From contig JAYPPO010000002.1 of the NCBI GenBank assembly GCA_038131485.1, positions 845,207-909,206 on the forward strand: 64,000 nucleotides of DNA, in the 5' to 3' direction. The notes beneath the pieces are model-generated. The model did not search any database, was not told the origin of the DNA, and was given only the letters and a program-made list of their open reading frames with translations. This DNA comes from Alphaproteobacteria bacterium. GTDB lineage: Bacteria > Pseudomonadota > Alphaproteobacteria > MPNO01 > UBA830. The translations under genes and the position numbers were made by a program. Positions 1 through 10,569 of this stretch are shown here, in pieces (positions within the stretch are counted from its first letter, which is position 1; every line of letters starts with the position of its first letter).

Positions 1-726
1 TTCGATACGCCAGAACGCCTTGCCGGACTAGAAAAACGCCTCGACGGCCGCGCGCTCTCGATCGAGGACCGCGGCGTGCAGTTCCGCTACCGCGCCGCCT
101 TCCGCGACCGGCTGCGCGCGCTGGCAGACGCCACACGGCCCAAACGCGCGTTCGCACACAGCACGACGGCCGGAGTGCCCGGAAACCGCGTCTTACGCGG
201 TCGGCCCGAGCGGCCGCAGCCGTCCGCACTGCGAGCTCGCAGGGGGCCAGCCGTACTTCGCCGGCGCCTTGAACAGGTGCTGTTGGCGGTCGCGGTTAAC
301 CATTCGGAAATTCTCGACATGTTCGCCGAGCATCTAGCAATGGTTAACTTTTCCGACCCAAAACTTGACAACCTTCGGCAGGAAATCTTAAAGCTCTGTG
401 CCGACGTGCCTGGCCTTGACTCTGAAGGCTTGAAGACGACCTTAGAACAAGGCGGAAGCGCTGATGCGCTCAAAACCCTTCTGGGGTCGGATGTTTACGT
501 GCATGCGCGTTTCGCGAGGCCGGATGCGCGCGAGGAAGACGCCCGCTCGGGATTCCTTGAGGTGCTGTCTCGGCATCTCGAGCCCCGCCGCAAGGCGGAA
601 CTGGAGGAAGCTAGGCACGTGTACGTGAACGACCCGACCGAAGAGAATTGGGAACGTTTCGAGAAGCTGAAGCTTGACGCCCGGCACCGTGACGGCGCCG
701 GCGATGCCGCCGTGGGGGCGGACTGA
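1..726 (+). CDS. dnaG: DNA primase DnaG, C-terminal part (5' end lies outside the window)
   Basis: Frame 1 is open from nt 1 to the stop at 726. Position immediately upstream of rpoD (classic dnaG-rpoD operon). Helical C-terminal-domain-like sequence (…LRQEILKLCADVPGLDSEGLKTTLEQGG…). Confidence 0.55.
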   Translation, partial: FDTPERLAGLEKRLDGRALSIEDRGVQFRYRAAFRDRLRALADATRPKRAFAHSTTAGVPGNRVLRGRPERPQPSALRARRGPAVLRRRLEQVLLAVAVNHSEILDMFAEHLAMVNFSDPKLDNLRQEILKLCADVPGLDSEGLKTTLEQGGSADALKTLLGSDVYVHARFARPDAREEDARSGFLEVLSRHLEPRRKAELEEARHVYVNDPTEENWERFEKLKLDARHRDGAGDAAVGAD

Positions 727-853
727 AGATTGAACGGCCGGCGGCCGCTCGGGGGGAGCGGCGCAGCGGCCAGGTAAAAACAGCGCCCGGCGGTGCACGG
801 TGCATCTAAGTGCGAACGGGCCGGCTGCGGAAACACATGGGACCGGATATCCG

Positions 854-2821
<1,968 letters not shown>

Positions 2822-2919
2822 ATACCGCGATTGTCATCCCGGTGACCTGCCCCCCCTTAACCGGGTCCATTTGCTGAGTTAGAGAATTGGCATCTGGATC
2901 CATCTTGAAGGGAGCAGAG

Positions 2920-3198
2920 ATGCCGAGGAAGCGTTTTACGGTTGAACAGATAATCAACCATCTGAGGGAAGCCGATGTGCTACTGGCACAAGGCCGAACC
3001 GTCGGAGAAGTGTGCCGGCGGATAGGCGTGTCGGAGCAGAGTTACTACCGCTGGCGCAAGTAATATGGCGGACTGAAGGTCGGTCAGGCCCGTCGCCTGA
3101 AGGACCTCGAGGCCGAGAACGCCCGGTTGAAGCGCGCGGTCGCCGAGCTGACGCTGGACAAGCAGATATTGAAAGAGGCTGCGGAGGGAAACTGGTAA
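2920..3198 (+). pseudogene. IS3-family transposase OrfA (HTH) with an in-frame TAA at codon 48
   Basis: [94 protein letters not shown]. Canonical IS3 OrfA reads …RWRKEYGG… The stop lies at about 3061-3063. Confidence 0.7.
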
Positions 3199-4091
3199 GC
3201 CCCGAGCGCCGGAGACGATGCGTGCAGCATGTGATGCGGAAGCATTGCATCCCGGAGCGGCGCGCCTGCCGCGTCCTGGGGCAATCGCGGGCGTCGCAGC
3301 GATACCAGCCGATCATCCGTGATGACGAGGATGCGCTGACGGCGGCGATCGTCCGCCTGGCGGGTCAATACGGCCGGTACGGCTACCGTCGGGTGACGGC
3401 GCTGCTGCACGCGGAAGGCTGGCACGTGAACCACAAGCGTGTGGGCCGCATCTGGCGGCGCGAGGGGCTGAAGGTACCATTGAAACAACCGAAGCGGGGC
3501 CGTCTGTGGCTGAATGACGGATCGTGCATTCGTCTGAGGCCGAGCTGGCGGAACCATGTATGGGCCTATGACTTCGTACAAGGGCGTACCCATGACGGCC
3601 GGGCGTTCCGGATGCTGACCGTGATCGACGAGTACACACGTGAATGCCTTGCCATCGAGGTGGACCGGCATATCCGGTCGGGCGACGTCCTGCATGTGCT
3701 GACCGACCTGTTCACGCAGCGCGGAGCGCCTGACCATATCCGGTCCGACAACGGCAGCGAGTTCACGGCGAAGGCGGTGCGTGACTGTTTGCCAAGGGTG
3801 GGCGTGAAGACGTTGTACATCGAACCCGGATCACCCTGGGAGAATGGCTACAACGAGTCATTCAACGGCAAGCTCAGAGACGAGCTGCTGAACGGGGAGA
3901 TCTTCTACTCAATAACGGAGGCAAAGGTGCTGATCGAACAATGGCGCAGGCATTACAACACCATCAGGCCGCATAGTTCGCTGGGCTACAGGTCGCCCGC
4001 ACCGCAGACCATCGTGCCTCACCGCGGCGATCCGCCCTCCGCTGCCGGGAGGCTGCGCGCTACTCGCCGATCAACAAACAGTCTAAACTAA
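3186..4091 (+). CDS. IS3-family transposase OrfB (DDE integrase core), reached by -1 frameshift at GGGAAAC
   Basis: Track ORF 3012..4091 (-1 frame relative to orfA). RNaseH-like DDE catalytic region (…[32 protein letters not shown]…[18 protein letters not shown]…[20 protein letters not shown]…). Slippery heptamer G_GGA_AAC at about 3186-3192, just before the orfA stop. Confidence 0.8.
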   Translation, partial: GKLVSPERRRRCVQHVMRKHCIPERRACRVLGQSRASQRYQPIIRDDEDALTAAIVRLAGQYGRYGYRRVTALLHAEGWHVNHKRVGRIWRREGLKVPLKQPKRGRLWLNDGSCIRLRPSWRNHVWAYDFVQGRTHDGRAFRMLTVIDEYTRECLAIEVDRHIRSGDVLHVLTDLFTQRGAPDHIRSDNGSEFTAKAVRDCLPRVGVKTLYIEPGSPWENGYNESFNGKLRDELLNGEIFYSITEAKVLIEQWRRHYNTIRPHSSLGYRSPAPQTIVPHRGDPPSAAGRLRATRRSTNSLN

Positions 4092-4120
4092 CCGCTGGTA
4101 CTAAACGTGGGGGCAGGTCA

Positions 4121-4343
4121 TCAAGAGCACCGCGCCGAGGATAAGCCCCACGACCGTATCCCAAAAATCGTACCCACCGCTGGTCATCGCATTGCCGACG
4201 ATCGCCGAGAAGGCAACACCGAAGATGACAAACTGTTGCGAACGAATATCGGTTACGGCCTGTTCCGAGTCCGGGACCTTAGCTGTTTGAGAGTCGCCCA
4301 CTATGAGTGCCTCCGGCTTTGCGCGGAATTCGATTTCCCGCAA
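4121..4343 (-). CDS. small hydrophobic protein; 3' end runs into IS copy 1 (possibly truncated)
   Basis: Track ORF 4101..4343(-). The last 6 codons (MTCPHV) are encoded by the IS right terminus. The hydrophobic C-terminus is …GYDFWDTVVGLILGAVLL. Confidence 0.25.
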
Positions 4344-4449
4344 GAGTTGAAAACTCTATCCCTATTCGCCCTTCCGCCCACCGGACGCGCCCCCTTGCCC
4401 GCCGCGCGCGTTCGCCCGACACTCCCGCGAAACGAAACGGGAGGGACCC

Positions 4450-4920
4450 ATGACGCCGAACGACACCGGGGCGGAGATCACCGCCGAACAGATCCACGGC
4501 ACGTGGGTGATGGTCGACCGCGGCACCGACAGCGCCGAGGACGAGGCGCTGGGCCGCGAACGCTACGGCGACGATCCCCAGGGGTACATGATCCTGTCGC
4601 CGGACGGCTGGATGTCGGGCGTCGTGTGCTGGGGCGGGCGGCCCGCGATGGCGGGCGATCCGGCGTGGCATGCGGATGCGCCGGACGCCGACAAGCTGCG
4701 CGCGTTCGACACCTATCTGTCCTACGGCGGGCGCTACGCGATCGAGAACTCGGTGCTGACAACCACGGTCGAGCATTCGATCAACCCCGGCTGGGTCGGC
4801 GGCACGCAGGTGCGCGGCCTCGAGATGCCGGGCGACGGCACGCTGATCCTCCACTGGGAGCGCGTCTGGGCCGACGGCCACGTGGTCAGGGGCTGGGTGC
4901 GCTGGCGGCGGGCGGATTGA
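4450..4920 (+). CDS. lipocalin-like domain protein
   Basis: 156 aa. HGTWVMV…YMILSPDGWMSGVV…YGGRYAI…LHWERV pattern typical of bacterial lipocalin-like beta-barrel proteins often linked to catabolic genes. Confidence 0.5.
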   Translation: MTPNDTGAEITAEQIHGTWVMVDRGTDSAEDEALGRERYGDDPQGYMILSPDGWMSGVVCWGGRPAMAGDPAWHADAPDADKLRAFDTYLSYGGRYAIENSVLTTTVEHSINPGWVGGTQVRGLEMPGDGTLILHWERVWADGHVVRGWVRWRRAD

Positions 4921-4930
4921 AAATTGTTTC

Positions 4931-5036
4931 GTAGGGGCGGGTCTGAGCTTGCGCTTGGGCCGGCCTTCGCCGGACCCGGGGGACCCGCCCGCATCGGTCG
5001 GTGCGTGAAACGGGCGGGTCTTAGACCCGCCCCTAC
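4931..5036. repeat. ~106-nt nested palindromic element (terminator or REP-like)
   Basis: Perfect 14-nt outer arms GTAGGGGCGGGTCT (4931-4944) and AGACCCGCCCCTAC (5023-5036). Inner hairpins GGGCCGGC…GCCGGACCC and GACCCGCCC…GGGCGGGTC, with a central CCCGGG palindrome. Confidence 0.6.
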
Positions 5037-5155
5037 GGAATATTGGTGCGTATCGGTCGCATACGCCCCTCCCAACCGTCCTTTGAATTTCCCGCCGGAC
5101 AGGCGTATTTTCGGCTCCTGACGGCCCCGCGACCGGAATGGGGCGGACGGAGGAA

Positions 5156-5998
5156 ATGCAAATGGACGGATCGGTGGCCGCGGCGCGCGGCTATGACGTG
5201 CTCGACATCACCCAGTGGAACCCGTCGTTCGGCGCGGTGGTCGGCAATATCGACCTGACGCGGCCGCTCGACGACGCGACGCTGGCGGAGCTCAAGCGGG
5301 CGTTCACGCAGTACGGCGTGCTGTTCTTCCGCGACCAGCAGATCTCGTTCGACGACCATGCGCGGCTTGCCGAGTATTTCGGCTCGATCGGCCAGCATGT
5401 CGGGCCGAAGACCAACAGCCAGGTCACCGACGATCCGCGCGTCCGCAAGTTCCACGCCGACGGCGCGACGCCGCGCGTCTCCGGCAACGTGTGGCACACC
5501 GACCAGTCCTGCGCGCCGATGCCGCCGATGGCGTCGATCCTGTACCTGCACACGATCCCGCAGAACGGCGGCGGCGATACCGGTTTCGCCGACATGTACG
5601 CCGCCTACGAGGCGCTGTCGGACCGGATGAAGGCCTATCTCGACGGCATGACCGCGCATCACGAAGGCGTGCAGCACTTCGGCCCTGGTTCGCCCGAGGC
5701 GGACCATCCCGTTATCGTCCGCCACCCGGAAAGCGGCCGCAAGCTGCTGTTCGTCAATCACGGTTTCACGACGCGTCTCAACGGCGTGCCGCGGGAGGAG
5801 AGCGACGGCATCCTGTCGTTCCTGTTACAGCACTGCATCCGGCCCGAATGGACGACGCGCTTCCGCTGGGAGCCGCATTCGATCGCGTTCTGGGACAACC
5901 GCTGCGTCCAGCACCGCGCCATCGCCGACTACCTGCCGCAGCCGCGCTCCGGCTACCGCGTCCAGATCGAGGGCGTCGCCGCGCCCGTGGCTGCCTGA
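5156..5998 (+). CDS. TauD/TfdA-family Fe(II)/2-oxoglutarate-dependent dioxygenase
   Basis: WHTDQS (HxD facial triad) …GGGDTGFADMYAAYEALSD… and a distal His/Arg region. Track ORF 5138..5998. Start placed after the GGAGG RBS (5156 or 5162). Confidence 0.85.
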   Translation: MQMDGSVAAARGYDVLDITQWNPSFGAVVGNIDLTRPLDDATLAELKRAFTQYGVLFFRDQQISFDDHARLAEYFGSIGQHVGPKTNSQVTDDPRVRKFHADGATPRVSGNVWHTDQSCAPMPPMASILYLHTIPQNGGGDTGFADMYAAYEALSDRMKAYLDGMTAHHEGVQHFGPGSPEADHPVIVRHPESGRKLLFVNHGFTTRLNGVPREESDGILSFLLQHCIRPEWTTRFRWEPHSIAFWDNRCVQHRAIADYLPQPRSGYRVQIEGVAAPVAA

Positions 5999-6017
5999 GG
6001 CGCGGGGTAGGGCCGTC

Positions 6018-7085
6018 ATGGCGGCGCACGTCCCCGCCGAGCCGATGCGCGAGGTCGTCGACCCGGCCGGCTGGACCGGCGACGAACTCGCGGCCGACCC
6101 GTCGTGGATCTACGAGCTGACCGACACCGAGATCGCCGAGCTCGACGCGGGCGTCGCGTCGGTCAAGGCGCGCGGGCTCGACATCAAGGACATCGCGGAA
6201 GAAGACTTCCCGCTGCCGGCGCTGGAGGCGACGCTCGGGGCCGCGCGCGAGCAGGTCCTGCAGGGCCGCGGCATCGCGCTGATCCGGGGCGTGCCGCTCG
6301 AGCGCTACGACATCGCGGAAGCCGCCGCCGCCTATTGGGCGATCGGGCTGCGCATGGGCGAGGCGGTCTCGCAGAACCATCACGGCCACCTGCTGGGCCA
6401 CGTCTACGACCTTCTCGGCGAGGATCGCAGCGCGCCGTCGACGCGCGCCTATCACACCAGCGCCTATCTCAACTATCACTCGGATTCGTGCGACGTCGTC
6501 GGGCTGCTGTGCCTGCAGACGGCGAAGGCGGGCGGGTTGTCGTCGATCGCGAGCTCGGTCGCCATCCACAACGAGATGCTGCGCCGCCGGCCCGACCTCG
6601 TCGAGGAGCTGACGAAGCCGTGGTACCGCGACCGCCGCAACGAGATCCCGCCGGGCAAGGATCCGTGGTTCGAGCTGCCGGTGTTCTGCTTCGAGCGGGG
6701 CTGGTTCTCGTGCAGCTGGCACAATTACTACATCCGCTCGACCCAGCGCTTCGCGGAGCTGCCGCGCTTCACCGACCGCCAGGTCGAGGCGCTCGACACG
6801 ATGGACATCCTCGCCGACGAGCTGAAGCACGAGACCGGCTTCCGCCGCGGCGACATCCAGTTCCTGCACAACCACGTCATCGTGCATGGCCGCACGCGCT
6901 ACGACGACTGGCCGGAGCCCGAGCGCAAGCGCCACCTGCTGCGCCTGTGGCTGGCGACCCCCGACGGCGGCCGCCCGCTGCCCGAAGCTGTGCTCGAGCG
7001 CTATGTCGGGCTGAAACCCGGCCAGCGCCCCGCCGGCATCATCGTCGAGGACATGGAACTCAAGACGCCGCTCGTCCCTGAGTAA
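6018..7085 (+). CDS. TauD/TfdA-like (clavaminate-synthase-fold) Fe/2OG oxygenase, long form
   Basis: 355 aa. YHSDSCD (HxD) …FLHNHVIVHGRTRY (distal His with Arg). Immediately downstream of the first TauD gene. Confidence 0.6.
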   Translation: MAAHVPAEPMREVVDPAGWTGDELAADPSWIYELTDTEIAELDAGVASVKARGLDIKDIAEEDFPLPALEATLGAAREQVLQGRGIALIRGVPLERYDIAEAAAAYWAIGLRMGEAVSQNHHGHLLGHVYDLLGEDRSAPSTRAYHTSAYLNYHSDSCDVVGLLCLQTAKAGGLSSIASSVAIHNEMLRRRPDLVEELTKPWYRDRRNEIPPGKDPWFELPVFCFERGWFSCSWHNYYIRSTQRFAELPRFTDRQVEALDTMDILADELKHETGFRRGDIQFLHNHVIVHGRTRYDDWPEPERKRHLLRLWLATPDGGRPLPEAVLERYVGLKPGQRPAGIIVEDMELKTPLVPE

Positions 7086-7108
7086 GGGACGATTTTACAA
7101 CCCGCCCG

Positions 7109-7666
7109 TTACTGCCCCAGCCGCGCGATCTGCGCGTCGGTCAGCACGATCGAGTCGTAGTCGGCCGGATGCGTGGTCTCGAGCATCTCGAGATCCTTCG
7201 ACCAGCCGGTGACCGCGTGCTTGATGCCCGCGGGCAGCAGGTGCACGTCGCCGACCGACAGCTTCTTCTCGCCGACGCCGTCGTACCAGAACTTCACCCA
7301 GCCCTTCAGGATCATCACCAGGAGGAACTCGCAGTCCGGGTGCACGTGATGGCGCACCGGCGGCTTCGCGCCCTTGGCGACGCGGATGACGTGCGAGCCG
7401 TACTTGCGCTTGGTCGCTTCCTCGACGCCGAAGTGGCGGTATTCGAATTGCGGGCGGTGCGGCTCGGTGGTCCACTTCGCGCCCTTGGCGCTGTCGATCA
7501 CCAGGTCGAATTTCTTCGTGCGTGGCTTCGCCGTCTTCGCGGCGGGTTTTGCCGCCACTTTCTTCGTCACGGTCTTCTTCGCCACCGCCTTCTTGGCGGC
7601 GGGTTTCTTCGTCACAGTCTTCTTCGAGGTCGCCGTCTTTGCGGCCGATTTCGTCTTCGTCGCCAT
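7109..7666 (-). CDS. cupin-domain protein with N-terminal histone-H1-like Lys/Ala-rich tail
   Basis: MATKTKSAAKTATSKKTVTKKPAAKKAVAKKTVTKKVAAKPAAKTAKPRTKK, followed by a cupin_2-type barrel (…VHPDCEFLLVMILKGWVKFWYDG…VHLLPAGIKHAV). Start assigned to MATKTK. The track ORF extends to 7825 upstream of it. Confidence 0.7.
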   Translation of the reverse strand: MATKTKSAAKTATSKKTVTKKPAAKKAVAKKTVTKKVAAKPAAKTAKPRTKKFDLVIDSAKGAKWTTEPHRPQFEYRHFGVEEATKRKYGSHVIRVAKGAKPPVRHHVHPDCEFLLVMILKGWVKFWYDGVGEKKLSVGDVHLLPAGIKHAVTGWSKDLEMLETTHPADYDSIVLTDAQIARLGQ

Positions 7667-7827
7667 GATCCCGTGCTCCTCTCGACGCTCCGATGCGCCA
7701 AAGGCTAACACGCGCCGGCCTGCGCGGTCACACGGAATCCGAGGCGGCGTTTCGCTCCTGTTTCGCTGTGCGCCGAACGCGCTATAACCGTCGCAACGAA
7801 CAATTCGGGACATATGGGAGCACAAAG
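7667..7827. promoter_or_regulatory. divergent intergenic region between the H1-cupin gene and the UbiD-family gene
   Basis: 161-bp spacer between divergently oriented starts. GGGAG RBS precedes the ATG at 7828. Confidence 0.35.
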
Positions 7828-9294
7828 ATGGCCGACCAGCCGGCGGACACGCCGTCCAATCTCAAGAACGAGGGCTATCTCGACCTGCGCGAGCTGATCG
7901 AGCGGTTCGACGAGATGGGCGAGCTTGCGCGCGTCGACGGCGCCGACTGGAACCTCGAGATCGGCGCGCTGTCGGAGACGGTGGCGGCCGAGAATCCCGG
8001 GCGCGCGAAGGCGCTGCTGTTCGACAACATCCCCGGCTACCCGGAAGGCTTCCGCATCATGTCGGGCGCGGCGAACGCCTACAAACGCCTCGCCGTCGTG
8101 CTCGGCCTGCCCGATCCCGAAAACGAGATGGACCTGGTGCGCGCGTACCGCCAGCGCGCCAAGCAGGAATTCGAACTCATGCCGCCGGTCGAGGTCCCGA
8201 CCGGCCCGATCCTGGAGAACGTCGACCGCGACGACGAGGTCGATTTGCTGAAATTCCCCGCGCCGTTCGTCCACGAGCTCGACGGCGGCCGCTACATCGG
8301 CACCGACGATCTGGTGGTGATGCGCGATCCGGACTCGGGCTGGGTCAATGTCGGCACCTACCGCGTGATGGTGCACGATCGCAACACCGCCGCGCTCTGG
8401 ATGTCGCCCGGCAAGCACGGACGGCTGATCAGCGAGAAATATTTCGCGAAGGGCGAGCCGTGCCCGGTGCTGATCTCCTGCGGCCACGACCCGAACCTGT
8501 TCCTCGTCGCCCACCAGGAGGTCGACTACGAGCTCGACGAGTTCGCCTATGCCGGCGGCCAGCGCGGCCGGCCCATCGAGGTCATCCCGTCGGAGCTGCA
8601 CGGCCTGCCGATGCCCGCCTATTCGGAAATCGTGCTCGAAGGCGAGATCATCCCGGGCGAGGAGCGCGAGGAGGGCCCGTTCGGCGAGTTCATGGGCTAC
8701 TACGCGTCGGAATCCTCGATGCTGCCGATCGTGAAGATCCGGCGCGTCTACTGGCGCAACAACCCGGTGCTCACGCTCGCCATCCCGTCGCGCCCGCCGG
8801 AAAACTTCACCTTCGCGCGCGCCACCGTGAAATCCGCGATGATCTGGGACGAGTGCGAGAAGGCGGGGCTTCCGGGCGTCCAGGGCGTCTGGTGCCACGA
8901 GTCCGGCGCAGGCCGGCTGTTCAACGTGATTTCCATCAAGCAGCTCTATCCCGGCCACGCGAGCCAGGCCGGCATGCTGGCCGCGACCTGCCACGCGGGC
9001 AACTACGCCGGTCGCTGGGTCGTCGTGGTGGACGAGGATATCGATCCGTCGAACCTGTTCGACGTGACCTGGGCGATGTCGACGCGCTGCGACCCGCCGG
9101 AGGACATCCAGTACATCAAGCGCGCCTGGTCGACGCCCCTCGACCCGATGCTCCGCCAGCCGCCGTGGCAGAACAACCGAGCCGTCGTCGATGCCTGCCG
9201 CCCCTATGGCTGGAAGGACGATTTCCCGACCGTGGCCGAGGCGAGCCCGGAACTGAAGGCGACGCTGCGGGCGAAGTTTCCGGAGCTGTACTGA
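7828..9294 (+). CDS. UbiD-family (prFMN-dependent) decarboxylase
   Basis: 488 aa from MADQPADT. UbiD-like N-terminus (DLRELIERFDEMGELARV) and full-length similarity to 3-octaprenyl-4-hydroxybenzoate and phenolic-acid decarboxylases. The TGA stop (9292-9294) is the first three bases of the IS left terminus. Confidence 0.85.
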   Translation: MADQPADTPSNLKNEGYLDLRELIERFDEMGELARVDGADWNLEIGALSETVAAENPGRAKALLFDNIPGYPEGFRIMSGAANAYKRLAVVLGLPDPENEMDLVRAYRQRAKQEFELMPPVEVPTGPILENVDRDDEVDLLKFPAPFVHELDGGRYIGTDDLVVMRDPDSGWVNVGTYRVMVHDRNTAALWMSPGKHGRLISEKYFAKGEPCPVLISCGHDPNLFLVAHQEVDYELDEFAYAGGQRGRPIEVIPSELHGLPMPAYSEIVLEGEIIPGEEREEGPFGEFMGYYASESSMLPIVKIRRVYWRNNPVLTLAIPSRPPENFTFARATVKSAMIWDECEKAGLPGVQGVWCHESGAGRLFNVISIKQLYPGHASQAGMLAATCHAGNYAGRWVVVVDEDIDPSNLFDVTWAMSTRCDPPEDIQYIKRAWSTPLDPMLRQPPWQNNRAVVDACRPYGWKDDFPTVAEASPELKATLRAKFPELY

Positions 9295-9368
9295 CCTGCC
9301 CCCCCTTAACCGGGTCCATTTGCTGAGTTAGAGAATTGGCATCTGGATCCATCTTGAAGGGAGCAGAG

Positions 9369-9647
9369 ATGCCGAGGAAGCGTTTTACGGTTGAACAGAT
9401 AATCAACCATCTGAGGGAAGCCGATGTGCTACTGGCACAAGGCCGAACCGTCGGAGAAGTGTGCCGGTGGATAGGCGTGTCGGAGCAGAGTTACTACCGC
9501 TGGCGCAAGTAATATGGCGGACTGAAGGTCGGTCAGGCCCGTCGCCTGAAGGACCTCGAGGCCGAGAACGCCCGGTTGAAGCGCGCGGTCGCCGAGCTGA
9601 CGCTGGACAAGCAGATATTGAAAGAGGCTGCGGAGGGAAACTGGTAA
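9369..9647 (+). pseudogene. IS3-family OrfA with the same in-frame TAA (copy 2)
   Basis: Identical MPRKRF…YYRWRK-TAA-YGGLKV… One R-to-W difference relative to copy 1 (CRWIG). Confidence 0.65.
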
Positions 9648-10540
9648 GCCCCGAGCGCCGGAGACGGTGCGTGCAACACGTGCGGGAGAAGTACCCGGTA
9701 TCGGAGCGGCGCGCCTGCCGCGTCCTGGGGCAATCGCGGACGTCGCAGCGCTATGAGCCGGTGACGCGTGATGACGAGGATGCGCTGACGGCGGCGATCG
9801 TCCGCCTGGCGGGTCAATACGGCCGGTACGGCTACCGTCGGGTGACGGCGCTGCTGCACGCGGAAGGCTGGCACGTGAACCACAAGCGTGTGGGCCGCAT
9901 CTGGCGGCGCGAGGGGCTGAAGGTACCATTGAAACAACCGAAGCGGGGCCGTCTGTGGCTGAATGACGGATCGTGCATTCGTCTGAGGCCGAGCTGGCGG
10001 AACCATGTATGGGCCTATGACTTCGTACAAGGGCGTACCCATGACGGCCGGGCGTTCCGGATGCTGACCGTGATCGACGAGTACACACGTGAATGCCTTG
10101 CCATCGAGGTGGACCGGCATATCCGGTCGGGCGACGTCCTGCATGTGCTGACCGACCTGTTCACGCAGCGCGGAGCGCCTGACCATATCCGGTCCGACAA
10201 CGGCAGCGAGTTCACGGCGAAGGCGGTGCGTGACTGTTTGCCAAGGGTGGGCGTGAAGACGTTGTACATCGAACCCGGATCACCCTGGGAGAATGGCTAC
10301 AACGAGTCATTCAACGGCAAGCTCAGAGACGAGCTGCTGAACGGGGAGATCTTCTACTCAATAACGGAGGCAAAGGTGCTGATCGAACAATGGCGCAGGC
10401 ATTACAACACCATCAGGCCGCATAGTTCGCTGGGCTACAGGTCGCCCGCACCGCAGACCATCGTGCCTCACCGCGGCGATCCGCCCTCCGCTGCCGGGAG
10501 GCTGCGGGCTACTCGCCGATCAACAAACAGTCTAAACTAA
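9635..10540 (+). CDS. IS3-family transposase OrfB (copy 2)
   Basis: Track ORF 9461..10540. DDE core identical to copy 1 apart from the N-terminal divergent patch. Confidence 0.8.
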   Translation, partial: GKLVSPERRRRCVQHVREKYPVSERRACRVLGQSRTSQRYEPVTRDDEDALTAAIVRLAGQYGRYGYRRVTALLHAEGWHVNHKRVGRIWRREGLKVPLKQPKRGRLWLNDGSCIRLRPSWRNHVWAYDFVQGRTHDGRAFRMLTVIDEYTRECLAIEVDRHIRSGDVLHVLTDLFTQRGAPDHIRSDNGSEFTAKAVRDCLPRVGVKTLYIEPGSPWENGYNESFNGKLRDELLNGEIFYSITEAKVLIEQWRRHYNTIRPHSSLGYRSPAPQTIVPHRGDPPSAAGRLRATRRSTNSLN

Positions 10541-10569
10541 CCGCTGGTACTAAACGTGGGGGCAGGTCA

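Larger units (their letters stand above)
2843..4120 (+). mobile_element. IS3-family insertion sequence, probably IS407 group, copy 1 (1278 bp)
   Basis: Terminal inverted repeats TGACCTGCCCCC at 2843-2854 and reverse-complemented at 4109-4120. Two overlapping transposase ORFs (orfA then orfB in -1 frame). About 97% identical to copy 2 at 9292-10569. Confidence 0.9.
9292..10569 (+). mobile_element. IS3-family insertion sequence, copy 2 (1278 bp, direct orientation)
   Basis: Same TGACCTGCCCCC termini and same two-ORF layout. Same TAA in orfA (at about 9510-9512). Divergent patch relative to copy 1 at about 9666-9760 (…VREKYPVS… vs …VMRKHCIP…). Confidence 0.9.

Noticed and set aside
5215-6935. 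Overlapping ORFs 5215..6120(+), 5778..6935(-) and 6104..7081(+) across the two TauD genes.
   Set aside because: Alternate-frame or antisense products of real genes. Arg/Pro-rich composition. No independent support.
7705-8994. 429-aa ORF antisense to the UbiD gene.
   Set aside because: GC-driven antisense ORF inside a well-supported CDS.
8460-9326. ORFs 8460..9326 and 1918..2877 share an identical C-terminus (…CPPLTGSIC).
   Set aside because: Both simply read into the identical IS left terminus. This is not a real shared protein motif.
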